Origin: Catajapyx aquilonaris | Lineage: Eukaryota | DNA: 49,534 nucleotides | Assembly: GCA_000934665.2 (NCBI GenBank) | Contig: JYFJ02002920.1 | Location: 1-49,534 of the forward strand | Direction: 5' to 3' | Part shown: piece after piece, positions 36,850 through 48,734 of the stretch | How positions within the stretch are numbered: position 1 is the first letter of the stretch | Layout: the number at the start of each line of letters is the position of its first letter | The notes under the pieces: generated by a model | What the model saw: only the letters and a program-made list of their open reading frames with translations | Databases searched by the model: none | Told to the model about the DNA's origin: nothing | Program-made: the position numbers and the translations under genes

Positions 36850-36879
36850 CTTTCAGCGCCGACGCGTCGGCGCTGAAAG
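36850..36879. repeat. Perfect 30-bp palindrome
   Basis: ctttcagcgccgacgcgtcggcgctgaaag is its own reverse complement. Confidence 0.95.
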
Positions 36880-37329
36880 AAAGTAGGTGATATATTTATG
36901 TGAAAAATGGTACAAAAGTACGTGAAAATGTATACCGGTATGCCAAAATATGAAAAGTTAAAAGCGCGCTACTTTGGATAAATATGATTACATCGCCGAT
37001 GGAACACCCTGTGCCGAGATAGATTGTGATTGTGATAGCTTGGCTGTTGCTCTAAGCGCTTGCGTCTCATCTTCTGCGCATGCAAGTCACATTCTTGGTG
37101 GAGACGCTGCATGGTATAATGTCACGGACTCCACTCGCCTGCATTAGCCGCCGGCTCTGGTGAGGCTAATTTTCCCTGCAATTGTTGTCTTCTTCAAGAG
37201 TCAACAATGTCGAACTTTTGCAGCAGATACACATGCTACTTGATTTGTGCAACAGTGCACCCATAAATATTTTGGTGGTATTGAATGGCGATTCGAATAA
37301 TTTATTTTTTTAGCTCTGTCAGCGACCGG

Positions 37330-37713
37330 TGGCCTTCTGTAGTGAAACTTGGCTGGTTGGCGCCCAAATCTGTCATGTGATAGCTTCCATCAACGAGATC
37401 TATCCGTTTCGCTGTGTGTTCATCTCTAAGGTTGGGGTGGTATTGCCCTACAACGTCACAGGTCCTTGGCGGAGTATAGCCAGTGCTACTGTTGCGCCAA
37501 TAAACCATTACTCAATCAATCATCAATTTTGAGTCTTCCGAGTTCCCCGTTTGTCATGAATGACCTTCATCACTTCAAAACCAAGCTCACGTTGAGATTT
37601 CAAGGGGCACGTATTCCACAATTAGATGAGATACGGGTCCTAGGTATCTACCTTGACCCCGACCTTACCTGGTTACCAAATACTGTTGCTCATTTTAAGA
37701 AGTATTATCCTTA
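37330..37713 (+). mobile_element. Internally deleted LINE: endonuclease remnant plus RT thumb remnant
   Basis: FCSETWL followed within ~300 bp by GARIPQLDEIRVLGIYLDPDLTWLPN. Confidence 0.65.
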
Positions 37714-37734
37714 GCACATTTTTTCAACATTTCA

Positions 37735-37950
37735 TTCATAGCTCTTCAGAAGCTGGTATACGGTACCTCATCAGTCACTGGAATTTGTGCGCCTTCCTTG
37801 AAATCTGAGATGATGGTAAGTGCTGCAAATTGATTAGGGGTGTCACAATGGTGTTGTAGTGAGTTCAACACTTCCCACACTCGATACGTTGCTTCAACTT
37901 GAAAACCACATATCCACACATTCTGTACAAAACTTGTTCATTATCAATGG
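37735..37950 (-). mobile_element. P-element/THAP9-like transposase C-terminal remnant
   Basis: Reverse strand NEQVLYRMCGYVVFKLKQRIECGKC...AALTIISDFKEGAQIPVTDEV..LLKSYE resembles the LY..GYV..CxxC..PS motif. Confidence 0.45.
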
Positions 37951-38621
37951 ACAAGTGATGGCAATCTGAGAGTTGCGGCAATGGACCCATCTATGGAGAA
38001 TTTCTATCGTCAGTACTTTGTTTTTAATTCTTGAGCAGCAGATTGGGAAGTTTTGGCGAGTCATCAAAGTATAATAATTAATAACCCTATAAGTTATGAT
38101 TTCTATTATATCCTTATAAATTGCACCGATTATCTCTGGCCACCACAGTACGTGGAAGGAATCCCCTTTTCCAGTACGTGGAAGGGGAAAAAATGAGGCC
38201 TTCAGCGCTAATGACACAGTTCACAAGTGAGAGAGCCACATTACTTTATTTTCTGAAAGAGGAGAGTGCAGTATTACATAGTGTTTGGGTTCAGTAACTG
38301 TAGCAAAAATATATTTACTGCCACTCCACCCTGGGGAGCCATGTGTATGTTCTGTAGGTGACGTCTTTGCAGGAGATATGCACCTCGAGCTTGAAGAAGT
38401 GTCAGATGAAAGTGCTCGTTCATGGATTTTTTTTCCGTAGCCCGGTTCGGTTTCCCATCACAAGGCACCTGAAGAACACAGTTGAATATTCCCATAACGC
38501 GTTTGTGGAGTGATGGGTTGGGGTGGTTGCATGGATGAGGAGGTGGATGTTGCAATATGGATGGGTACATATGGATGGGTAGCGCAGGTCGGGTGCCTAG
38601 CCCCTCGTTATAATTATACAG

Positions 38622-39819
38622 TAGGGGAAGGTGGGGCAAAGTGAAACGGAGGGCAAAGCGAAACACAGGCGTAAATTTCCGTGCGGTGTGTGCCATCTCC
38701 TTTATCTTTCTACATCTAATGATCCACTTAATGATGCACATAAATCACCTGATGGCAGCACTTGTTTGAAACTACAGCGACTCTGGCAGCCATTTTTTTA
38801 TTTTGGGAGGTCGACGATGTAAATTCGGCGCTTCAGTGAATAAGCCCCTGGAGTTCAAGTAAGTCATTGTTAAAGCTATCAATTACTTTTGAGGTATCTA
38901 AGATCACTTTTCACAGCATTGTAGTTCTTAAAGTTTGATTTGATCAGCACTGTTAAAATGCCAGTAATGTTAATCGAGCCACGTGATACGGGGCAAAATG
39001 GAACGGGCAAAGTGGAACGCGTTCCGCTATGCCCCGCCAATTTTTTTCAAGTCCTCAAGAACAGGCATCCTATTATAGTACGTATACCAATGATGTGCAT
39101 AAACTAATGGAACATTCTTCATAGGGCAATTTGGAAGGCGTAAGCCATGGTCCGAAAATATCAAAGAAAAACAAACCAGGGGAAGTGGACCTTAGTCAGT
39201 TAGTCAGATATTAACGGGGTTATTCCAGACCATGTAGGTCCTTAAACCCCGGGCCCCACATAGGGCCTATATCATCACTCTAAGTCCCTTTCATCGTGGT
39301 CCGCACAGGGGCGGACCACCCGTTCGCTTCCGAATCGAACCCAAGCCGTCATAGGGTCGAGACTCGACCATTGGGACGACCAGGCGCTTGGACCAGCCAG
39401 TCCATGGCACTTGCAGTCAAAGCGGTTACGGAAAAAGCGTTAAGCTATAGGGGAGCGGCTGATTTATACGATGTCCCGATAGGCACTCTCTTCCGGCACG
39501 TTCGTCGTGCGGGAAAAGGTGAGTTACAACTAAAAGACAAGTATGTTGACCATTTCTTGACAATTATTTTTTCTACAAAACTATTCTGATCAGCCAACCC
39601 CAATCAGCCACCCGTGATGAGACTGGGACGATTCAGACAGCTCTTCACACCGGAGCGGGAGCAGGATTTGGTGGATCATATACTCCTTATATGGAGTCTA
39701 GGCTCTTTGGTCTTTCGACAAAAGAAGTACGAAGCCTGGCCTTTCAGTATGCTGAGGCCAATCACATTGAACATCCTTTCTCCAAAAGTTCGGGTTTGGC
39801 GGGAAAGGACTGGCTGGGA
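38622..39819 (+). mobile_element. 5' part of a pogo/Tigger-like (HTH_psq plus CENP-B/Tc5 HTH) DNA transposon
   Basis: Terminus taggggaaggtggggcaaagtgaaac with internal gggcaaa..gaac repeats at 38990-39020. ATG at 39147 gives MVRKYQRKTNQGKWT[SINE]SQSMALAVKAV..SYRGAADLYDVPIGTLFRHV; intron 39519-39593; then LGRFRQLFTPEREQDLVDHIL/MESRLFGLSTKEVRSLAFQYAEAN..AGKDWL. DDE domain missing. Confidence 0.85.
39192..39388 (-). mobile_element. tRNA-derived SINE inserted in the pogo-like transposase
   Basis: Reverse strand has A-box-like tggtcgtcccaatggt, B box gggttcgattc and a (ctgactaa)2 tail; TSD tggacc at 39186-39191 and 39389-39394; excision restores the frame. Confidence 0.8.
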
Positions 39820-42800
39820 CTCCACGAACGGGATGTCCCTCTTCCCTGCAGTGAGTTTGTGAAATCACGCCTGCTGAGCGTTGACGGCCGTTTCCGGAGG
39901 GACCAACAATATCTGTTCCATCTCTTATGGGACGGAGAACTGAGGGCTCTCTCGGCTGGCATCTTTCACACTCTCAGGAGTAGGAGGAACTCCCAACATG
40001 TCTGCCTCAGGACTTCTGCAGAGCCTGCAGGAGAACGACCCCAGCCTTCAGGTCGGCCTGCACACCGTGTTTAGGAACATGAGAGGAACCCGGCAGTACT
40101 GGTACCAGCGCACCAACGAACTGATGTGCATGAGCAGGGAGTTAGGCCCGCCTACGTGGTTCCTGACACTCAGCTGCGCGGAATACTTCTGGCCCGACAT
40201 GGAGGACTTCCTCAGGAAGGCGAATCCTGATCTCAGTCCTGTCTGGGAACCGTCGTGCATCATTTCTGGAGGTTGGAATTCCAGAGCAGGGGGAGTCCGC
40301 ACGTCCACATGGTCCTGTGGATTAAGGACTCTCCTGTGCTGGGCCGTGACTCGAAAGAGGATATCTGTCGCTTCATCCAGGAGCACATCACCTGCGAGCT
40401 TCCGGATGTGGCTGTTAATCCCAAGCTCCATCAGCTAGTCACCAAGTTCCAGACCCATCTGTGCAGCACATACTGTAGGCGACGCACGCAAGTCAGTGGA
40501 AAATTTGTCACCCGATGCAAATTTGGCTTCCCACGGCGGCACTGCACGATGTCATGTCCTCCATCCGCCACAGGCAGTCGGCCAAGTCAGGCAAGCGCCT
40601 CTACGAGTTGGTCAGGGGTCGTGGAGAGGAGCGCATCAACGACTATAATCCGACTGTTCTGCTGCTGTGGGAGGCAAACATGGATTTGCAGTATATCGCC
40701 GACAGCCAGAACTCCCTTTGTCACTACGTGACAAAGTATATAACCAAGGGAGAGAAGACCGTCCTGTCAGATGTTTGGGACGACATTGCCAACTCCGAGA
40801 CCCTTTGCAAGCGCCTCTGGAAATTTGCAATGCGCGTCTTGACAAACCGCGAGTACGGAGCCTATGAAGCAGCGGGGTGGCTCATCGGCGTCCACCTATA
40901 CGGCAAGACGGCCTCCGTCAAATACGTCAACGTGCACATGTCCCACGTGCGAACGAGGCGCTTAAAGACATTGGCTGCCATCGAGACCATCCGGGAGAAG
41001 TCTCCGGAGTCACGAGACATCTATGAAAACAGCTGGGTAGACGATTACTATCCTAATCGCCCGCTGTCTATGGAAAACCTCTGCCTCTTTGATTTCATGC
41101 GACTTCACGACTATGTCAAGTCGGCAAAGAACACGGAGGGACTCGTGGTACTCATGCAGGGGAAAGGGTTTCTGCGGCTGCGCAGCAAGCCTCACCTGAT
41201 CAACCACCGCTTGTTCAACCCTTCAAAGGACAGCGAGAGGGAGCAGTATTACTTCTCCATACTCTTCCTGTTCTGCCCGTGGAGCTTGGAGAGTGAGTTT
41301 CTCCAGGATCACTTCACCTACCAGTCAGCCTTTGTGGCACTCCTACCAAAGATGCAGGCTCTACATGCCTATCATGAGAAGCTGACCGCCATCAGGGAGG
41401 CGGAGGAGGCGCTGATGGAGAACTTGGAGGCGACCACGCAGAACCACGAGGCAGGACCAGATGCTCAGTCTGGAGAAGGGTTTGCTCAGGGGGCCTAGGT
41501 GGAGACGGCAGCTGTCCTAGCCATGGAGGACTTGGTAGCAGCCATGAGACCTGACCTCGTGACGAGCAATCTCGAGGATATGGTGTCGCGCCTCAACGCC
41601 GACCAGTCTCGAGTGTTTGTCCGCATCAAGGAGAAGCTGGCGTCAGCAGATCCCCTACGGATGTTTGTCAGCGGCTGTGGAGGAACGGGGAAGAGCTTCC
41701 TCACCCACACTGTCAAGGCCATGATAATGGACATGTTCCCGTCGGAGAACATCGTTGTGGCCGTGACAGCCCCTACCGGACTGGCCGCATTTAACGTGGG
41801 CGGGGTGACCATCCACAAACTCCTACAGCTTCCCGTAGAGCACGGATCCACATCAGCCTACAGGCCACTTTCGGAAGACGCGGTGCAGGTGATGCGGTCC
41901 TACTTCAGGGATCTGAAGCTGGTCATCATAGACGAGGTGTCAATGGTGTCCAACCTTTTCCTCACATACATCCACCTGCGACTGGGGGAGATATTTCCCA
42001 AAGAAGAGGTCTGGTTTGGTGGCATCAGCATCCTCCTCCTTGGAGACTTGCTGCAGCTGATGCCAGTGAAAGGACAGCCTGCCTTCAAGCCCGTCACCAG
42101 CAAGCTACTCGCAGAGAAAGTAGGTGGATCTGGCTCTCTGAACTTATGGTCGGACCTCTTCCAGTACGAGGAGCTCCTTTCCAACGTTCGACAGAAGGGC
42201 GACACGGCATATCAGGAGTTGCTGGGCGAAGTGCGCGTCGGACATGTGTCCACTGCAACCACCAACCTTCTGCGGAGCAGGGTATGGACCGACGCAGGGT
42301 CAGACCCTTGCGCCGCTTACAACTACTGGTGCAAGGCAGGCGGGATGAACCCTGTGTGCCTTCTCCCACGAAATGACATGTGCCAGATGTTTAACAAGCA
42401 AATGCTGAGCTTGTCCTGCTCGGAGACGGTGAGGCTGGAGGCGGGGGACAAAGTGACTGGCAATGCAGCTGAGAGGCAGAGAGGAACAAAGATGCTCCAG
42501 AAATTATCAGAAGATGCGTCCAGAACGGCCGGGCTGGAGGCGGTCCTAGTGCTGGGTGCTGGATGCCGTATCATGTTGAGACGAAACATGGACGTCTTGG
42601 GAGGCCTCGTCAACGGAGCCATGGGCACAGTCGCACATTTCAAACGGAACAGCCATGGGCGTATCGTGTCCGTCATCATTAATTTTGATAGCTGCCCTTC
42701 GGAGGAGAAGTCTATAGAGAGGTGCAGCGTGAAATTCGAAATTGGTGCAAACATTTATGTGGAAAGGAAGCAGTTTCCACTTGTACTTGCATAAGTACGC

Positions 42801-43935
42801 CATTACTATTCACAAGTCATAAGGCCTGACCCTCGAATCAGCAGTGGTCGACTTGAGTGAATCTGCGTTTGCGAGTGGGATGGCGTACGTGGCACTATCA
42901 CGTGTAAAGACACTAGACACCTTCTTTCTTTTACACTTGGAATCAAAGTGCATCAAGGCCGACAGGAGCTGCATCCTTGAGTACAACCGTCTCCGAGAAA
43001 CTCGCTCCATACCTCCCCTTCCCGTACCGGCCTTGAAGCGACGCATTGTTGCAGCTTCTGTAAGAAGTGATACCATCAAGATTCGTGGGTTCGCCAATCC
43101 TGGCCCGATTAAGGTGTCTTGCTACGCAAACGCCGCATTAGTCTGCCTATTCGCGCAAGCGGATTTTCGACTCCTCTTAAACTCGAAGAGGGGGGGGAGT
43201 GACATCGTTGTGGAGATGCAGAAGGCGCTCACACAACACCGTCCGCAAAAGTCTGCAGCAGCAAAGCGGCAAAAAACAACAAAGGCAGGCAATGTGGTAT
43301 TGCCATCGACGCAGGATGTGCGACGAGCTGTGGGAGAACCCTTCACTGGAGATGTACAGCAGGACGCTCTCGAGTTCTTGGACTTTCTCATTGAAAGGTT
43401 ACCAGAACCTCTCCAGCGGTGGGGCACTCACCGGATCGAGAGTGAAGAACCCTGCACCAAATGTCACTCCATCCATCTCGAAACCTCAGGAATGCAGCGC
43501 TACCTACATGTTGCAGTTCCAAGACAAGACACTGATGTTACATTCGATAGCCTATTGCAGAAGGTGGACATCCAACTGCAGTGCGCCGTATGTGCTTTCA
43601 GTTGCCCAGTGACAACCTACAGCATCCAGGAGGTCACCGGGTGTGTATTACTCCATCTGGTCCGGTATGATGAAAGAGCACGAAAGGTGACTACTGGCAT
43701 CTCAGAATTCAATCCTGACGATGTCAGAATTGCATCGGACAGATTTGTGTGCACAGCAATCATTTGTCACCAGGGGAACAGTTTGTTAAGCGGGCACTAC
43801 ACCGCCGTGGTGCGAGAGGGCAAGGAATGATTGCATGTGAATGACCAGAGCGTCAGTATTGAGACTAGTACGAAAACGCACATGAAGGATGCAGTAGCCC
43901 TATTCTTAATAGGCCTACCAGATATTCGGACCTAA
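39820..43935 (+). mobile_element. Helentron/Helitron2-type RepHel pseudogene: HUH-Y2 Rep, PIF1 helicase and C-terminal USP domain
   Basis: Rep motifs FLTLS (40160), EFQSRGSPHVH (40276), YVTKYITK (40725). Helicase GCGGTGKS (41673), APTGLAAFNV, IIDEVSM, GDLLQL, NVRQ, LVNG, QFPLVLA/YAITIHKS*GLTL, YVALSRV. Several frameshifts, a deletion near 40240 and stops at 41496, ~42820 and 43828. Confidence 0.95.
43087..43935 (+). pseudogene. Ubiquitin-specific protease (peptidase C19) domain fused to the helicase
   Basis: Cys box GFANPG..SCYANAALVCL (Cys codon 43120), QQDALEFL (43357), CTKC/CAVC zinc pair, LHLVRY, His box AIICHQG..SGHYTA (His codon 43795), *LHVND (Trp to stop at 43828). Confidence 0.88.
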
Positions 43936-43949
43936 ATCTCGAAATAAAA

Positions 43950-44270
43950 TCCTGAGGTTAGTATCCCACCCTCCCTCTATTCCATTACATATCCCATAAT
44001 GCCATAATTGACATGACAAATCTTAAATATTCCAGTCCTTGTGACCCAAAACACTTCCTGACGATCCAGACTGCCTGCTCCTTCTCCAATCTCCTCAAAC
44101 CATCTACAAAACCAAGAAAATATTTTCAAAATTCGTGAGATAAGTATCCCCCATTTCCCCTCTCTCTCTGTACCATTGCAATCCCCACAACTCCTTTACT
44201 TGCTTAAGAGTATTGACATGATAAATCTTAAATTCCAGTCCTCGTGACCCAAAACACTTCCTGAGTCTCC
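43950..44270 (+). repeat. Duplicated ~200-bp non-coding unit downstream of the Helentron ORF; related sequence at ~46775-46930
   Basis: ttgacatga[c/t]aaatcttaaat..ccagtcct.gtgacccaaaacacttcctga occurs twice; aacacttcctgac..ctgcctgc..accaagaaaa..gtaagtat recurs after the second copy. Confidence 0.75.
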
Positions 44271-44404
44271 TGAACTCAAAATATTATAATGTATTAATAT
44301 GTATGATATTAAAATGAGGCATCATTGTACCTATTCCGTACTGTCAAAAAAGAACTGAAATTATATCAAAAATGTCAAAAGTACGACTCTCATTGCACAC
44401 AGGA

Positions 44405-46768
44405 CTCGACCAGGACGAGATCACAGGCTGGAGAGATGGAGATTTTGGAATGGTACGCTAGGCAGGTGGGGGAGTATGAGAAGAAAATCCACGACTATCC
44501 ACTGATGCCATGCGTTTCCTGCCAGCGCATGCTCTACACAAGCCAAGTGGGGCGTGTGAAATGGGAGGAGCTCCGGTCCAGCGAGTCGTGGAATTCCTTC
44601 GTTGTCGAGGCCAACGTCGTTCCTTCAGAAGATAGTAGCATCTGTCACTACTGCTGGAGTAGTTTCCGCTCCAAGGAGACGCCAAACAGATGTACTACGA
44701 ACGGACTGGCCTCCGACCCTCTTCCCGACGATCTCAAGGGCCTAAACACGCTGGAAAAGATTTTGGTGCAACGTGGGAAATGCTTCCAGACAGTGGTGCG
44801 CCTTGGTACCGTTACGAGAAAACGTCCCCAGTTCGAGTTGGTCAACGCCATCCGGGGGTGCGTCGTCCACCTTCCTCTGCCAACAGAGTCCACCATCCGC
44901 TCTGTCCTGAAAAAGGAGACTTCTCCGGGTCTCACCATCCTCGTCAACGGCGTTCCCACAAAAAACAAGAATATCTGGCAGGACCTCGTCAGTCTACCCA
45001 AGGTCGTTGCAGCCCTGGCAGCTCTTCGAGGATTGAACCCATTGTACGCAGACGTCGGCATCACCACCGACGGGTCGCTGGAGAGGGAGCTCGACCTTAC
45101 AGCAAGCGACTTACGAGGGTCGTCCAATAAGTTCTGAGCCTAAGGTAGATGGCGTGATCTGATAATGTTGTCCTTCCACCTGAAGGTAGTGACACTCATT
45201 AGAGCAACAACCCCCAAACCTCACCCCGATTGCATCATTCTATCAGGAGATACTGGCACTTGCAGGCGTGAAAGTGCGGATTAGTCTCCGACATTGACAA
45301 AATCGAGCTGCGAACGGTGATCAAATACTTCCAGAAAAAGGGGATGACCCCTAAGAAGATTCACGAGGACATGAGGGAAATACTGTTTGACGAAGCTCCT
45401 TCATATGCCACTGTCAAAAGGTGGGCACGGGATTTCAAGATGGGTCGGGAGAGTGTGGAAGATGACCCCCGCTCGGGCCGCCCAGCAACGGCAACCACTG
45501 CGGAGAACGTCAACCGCATCCATGACATGGTCATGGCAGGTAGCCGACTCACCTCAGGGAGATAGCCACGGCGATGGCCATCTCGCGAGGTACTGTGAAT
45601 TCAATCCTAACGGACATATTGGGGATGCACAAGCTGTCGGCCAGATGGGTAATCTGCGACTTGACGCCTGATCGGAAGCGGATCAGTGTGACACATTCAC
45701 AGGCAACATTGGAGGAGTATCGGAGGGACCAGGACACTTTTTGGCTCGTTACGTAACACAAGATGAGACCTGGCTCCATCATTATTCTCCTGAAACCTCC
45801 GTGGGACGCACTTCTCCAGTGACAATGAGGTGATAAGTGCAATGTATGGGTGGTTGGGTGGGGTCGAGGAAGATTTTTTTTTACACGGAATACAGAGGTT
45901 GGAGCACCGGTGGGACAAATGCATCCTGGTTCAAGGTGACTACGTCGAAAAGTCTTAATAAAATTTTGACCATCAAACATGTCTTTCAACATCAGGCTCA
46001 GAACTTATTGGACGACCCACGTACCTCCTCCTATGCTAACGTCCTTGTTCCACCAGTATACCATCCATCCTCTACACCAGGTGAACAGGACAGATACTTC
46101 TAACCTTTACCAGATGCTCAGGGTTACGGCGGACCGTCTGGACAATAGGGACGTCGACACCGACATTATGTGCTTCCCCTTCCTTTATCCCATCGGGCAT
46201 TACGGCAAGCCTCACCCACGCAATATACACCTCTCAGACAGCGAGTTCGTCAAGTCCAGGCTTCTATCCTCTGACGCCCGCTACCGGAAAAATCAACAAT
46301 ATCTCTTTCACCTCCTCTGGGACGGCGAGCTCAGGGCCCTTTCCTCGGGCATCTTCCACACGCTCCAGAGCAGGCGGCCCTCCAACACGACGGCGGCAGC
46401 TTTTCTGGACAGCTTGCAGCAGAACGAATCCAGTATCCAGGTCGGCCTGCACACGATATTTCGCAACATGCGCGGTACCAGGCAATATTGGTACCAGCGC
46501 ACCAGCGAGCTGATGTGCATGTGCCGAGAGCTTGGTCCACCCAGCTGGTTCCTCACGCTCAGCTGCGCCGAGTACTTCTGACAGGTCATGGAAGAATTCT
46601 TGAGAAAGGCCAATCCCGACATCCCTCAGGGCATCTCGACAACGTCTTTGTGCGTCGAGGACCCTGTCAACGTGATGCGACATTTTGACCACCGCTTTCG
46701 CGCCATGCTTAGGTTCTTGTACTCCTCCAAATTGCCTGGGTACCATCATCCATCATTTCTGGAGGGCT
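44405..46768 (+). mobile_element. Second Helentron RepHel copy (Cys-rich/DUF6570-like N-terminus to Rep motif 1), split by mariner and truncated
   Basis: CVSCQR..CHYC..NGL..LKGLNTLEKILVQR..RGCVVHLP..KVVAALAALRGLNPLY; CFPFLYPIG; SEFVKSRLL..YLFHLLWDGELRALS..NMRGTRQYW..LGPPSWFLTLSCAEYF*, closely paralogous to 39850-40230; ends at HHFWR. Confidence 0.92.
45114..46021 (+). mobile_element. Internally deleted mariner transposon (908 bp)
   Basis: 28-bp TIRs cgagggtcgtccaataagttctgagcct / aggctcagaacttattggacgacccacg (1 mismatch); TA at 45112-45113 and 46022-46023; transposase IKYFQKKGMTPKKIHEDM..PSYATVKRW..DDPRSGRP..LSARWV..QDETWLHHY, frameshifted and missing the C-terminal half. Confidence 0.97.
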
Positions 46769-47586
46769 GAGACTCTCAACACTTCCTGACAATCCTGCCT
46801 GCCACCTCAACATCTCTATAAACGCTATCTCCACTCTCCTCTCAACTGTGTACGAACCTTAATAAAACCGACCAAGAAAATCTTCTCCCCGCCCAAGATG
46901 TAAGTATGCGCTCCTCTCTCTATACCATCCTATGTATATAAATGCATGTTCGGGTTGCTTTGTCAAAAAATAGCTGCAATATTATCACAAAAAAATAGGC
47001 ACCTGCCAAATATGTTCCTTATACGTTGTTCCAGGCGTTGCTGCTGCTACCATATTTGTTGACACAAGGATTGATTGTAGTATAAAAAAAAGGCACATCT
47101 GCAAAGCCAACTCGAGTCAGAATATCAGCAGAAGCCACTGCATCTCATTTCATCGCCCATGCACCGGTATGTATTGTGAGATGTTCAAAATAATCATGGT
47201 GAAGTGGCGGGTGACTTAAATGGAAGCCTAATTAAAATCTATGTTGCAGGATGCTACCAACCTGGACAGCTACATAAAGCTTGACCGACCTACCAGTGAT
47301 GGCTTGAGGACACAGCCTTTTGTGTTGCGCACTGGAAGTTGCCGCCTGAGACCAACACAGGTTTTTGTACATTGTATCATGCTGTGAAAATTGTTGTAGG
47401 AGCACTTTTTCTCAGATTTATAACTTTCAAAGGCACTTACGTAGATGCAAATCACGGTTTATCACGTGAACCAGCCTCTGCCCTTAATTTAGAAACAAAT
47501 GTCACAATATGTATCCACCATTCTGTTATCTCATCTGTTAACAAATGTGTTGTACAGCGTGTGGTTCAATCTTATTACTACACACC

Positions 47587-48060
47587 TTATGACGAAGGGT
47601 GACATGTATTTTTGTCTTTAATATCATAGGAAGACCTAACTGTGAATGTGTGGAAATCATACAGCTGCTCTAGCGGTAGTACCTTGACATGAGTCGAAGG
47701 CTCAAGAACATAACATGGCATGAAAGTGAGGTCGAAAACCCTGGCATTTAAATATCTTTCAGGCAACATAAACTTTACAACTGCAAATACTTCAGCAATA
47801 TTCCCAAATATAGGCAAGTGTAGTCACTCACTTCCAGTACCAACACACTGACTCTTAATGTATTCTTCAATCACATCCTGGAGTCATGAGAACTTTGCCA
47901 AGTACTTGAATTATGGGAACATACTGGAAAGTATCCTTCACCCTAACTTGCACTACCCTGCCATGTTCATCCAATCTTTGATCATATCGTTCCCCTAACT
48001 CAACTTCAGTCGGAGGAATGTAATCACCACTATATCTTCCAAGTACCGTTCCTCCCAACT
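47587..48060 (-). mobile_element. Probable CACTA/EnSpm-like animal transposase remnants joined by a large deletion
   Basis: YIPPTEVELG..DTFQYVPIIQVLGKVL (N-proximal type) next to LPIFGNIAEVF..CYVLEP..EQLYDFHTF (C-terminal type); recognition is tentative. Confidence 0.4.
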
Positions 48061-48734
48061 CGGAGGCCATAGTCATGGCCAGTAATGCACCAGATTTTGT
48101 CATTGCTGGGGAACTGTGTAACATGGAACAAAAATTTTCTGCTCGTGGATCATACATTTTAGTAATACTAAAAGTGCCCAAACCATTGTTATGTGGAGGT
48201 GGTGGAACAAGTGAGGCATCAAAATTTGGATAAAGGAGGTGATGTACCACAGTGTGAATTTCTACAGTTATGCATTTAGTATGATATGTCATGTATAGTG
48301 TGATGGCTATAATAAGTTTTCATAAAATAAATGTCTGATATGCTATATCCACAAAATTCATGCATTTTTGTCCAATATTTCTTTCAGTGATGAGTGTATC
48401 ATCAACCATTAACCTTATTTTTAAGCAAGTAGTATTTATTTATTTATTCACAATTATGCAATTTGGGTGCAATTTGACCCACTGTCACGTATAGTATTAT
48501 ATCATTTTTTATTGGTTTCAAAAGAACCACATCATTTGGTCAAAAAGTAACCGCCTCATATGGTCATATAGACGACCAAGTCAATGTGGTCATTTTGACC
48601 ATATATATGGTTGGAGCCATTATAACCAACACAGGTGGTCAAAAATGACCACATTTTAGTACTATTTGACCAAGCCAGTTTAAGAGCCATTGTCGTAGGT
48701 GCATTCGCCTTTATAGAAATGGAAGATATGCAAG

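Noticed and set aside
39330..39388. tRNA gene
   Set aside because: A/B-box-like words are present but no full cloverleaf is evident; it has a tail and TSD, so it is called a SINE
41496..43830. Programmed stop read-through or an alternative genetic code in RepHel-USP
   Set aside because: The stops are of all three types, sit at expected Gln/Trp-type codons and come with frameshifts and a deletion, as in ordinary pseudogene decay
40048..46749. Numerous minus-strand and alternate-frame ORFs over the Helentrons
   Set aside because: Shadow ORFs of GC-rich RepHel coding sequence with no motifs of their own
48583..48655. Inverted repeat aatgtggtcattttgacca / tggtcaaaaatgaccacatt
   Set aside because: Real but short; probably a MITE remnant with no definable ends or TSD
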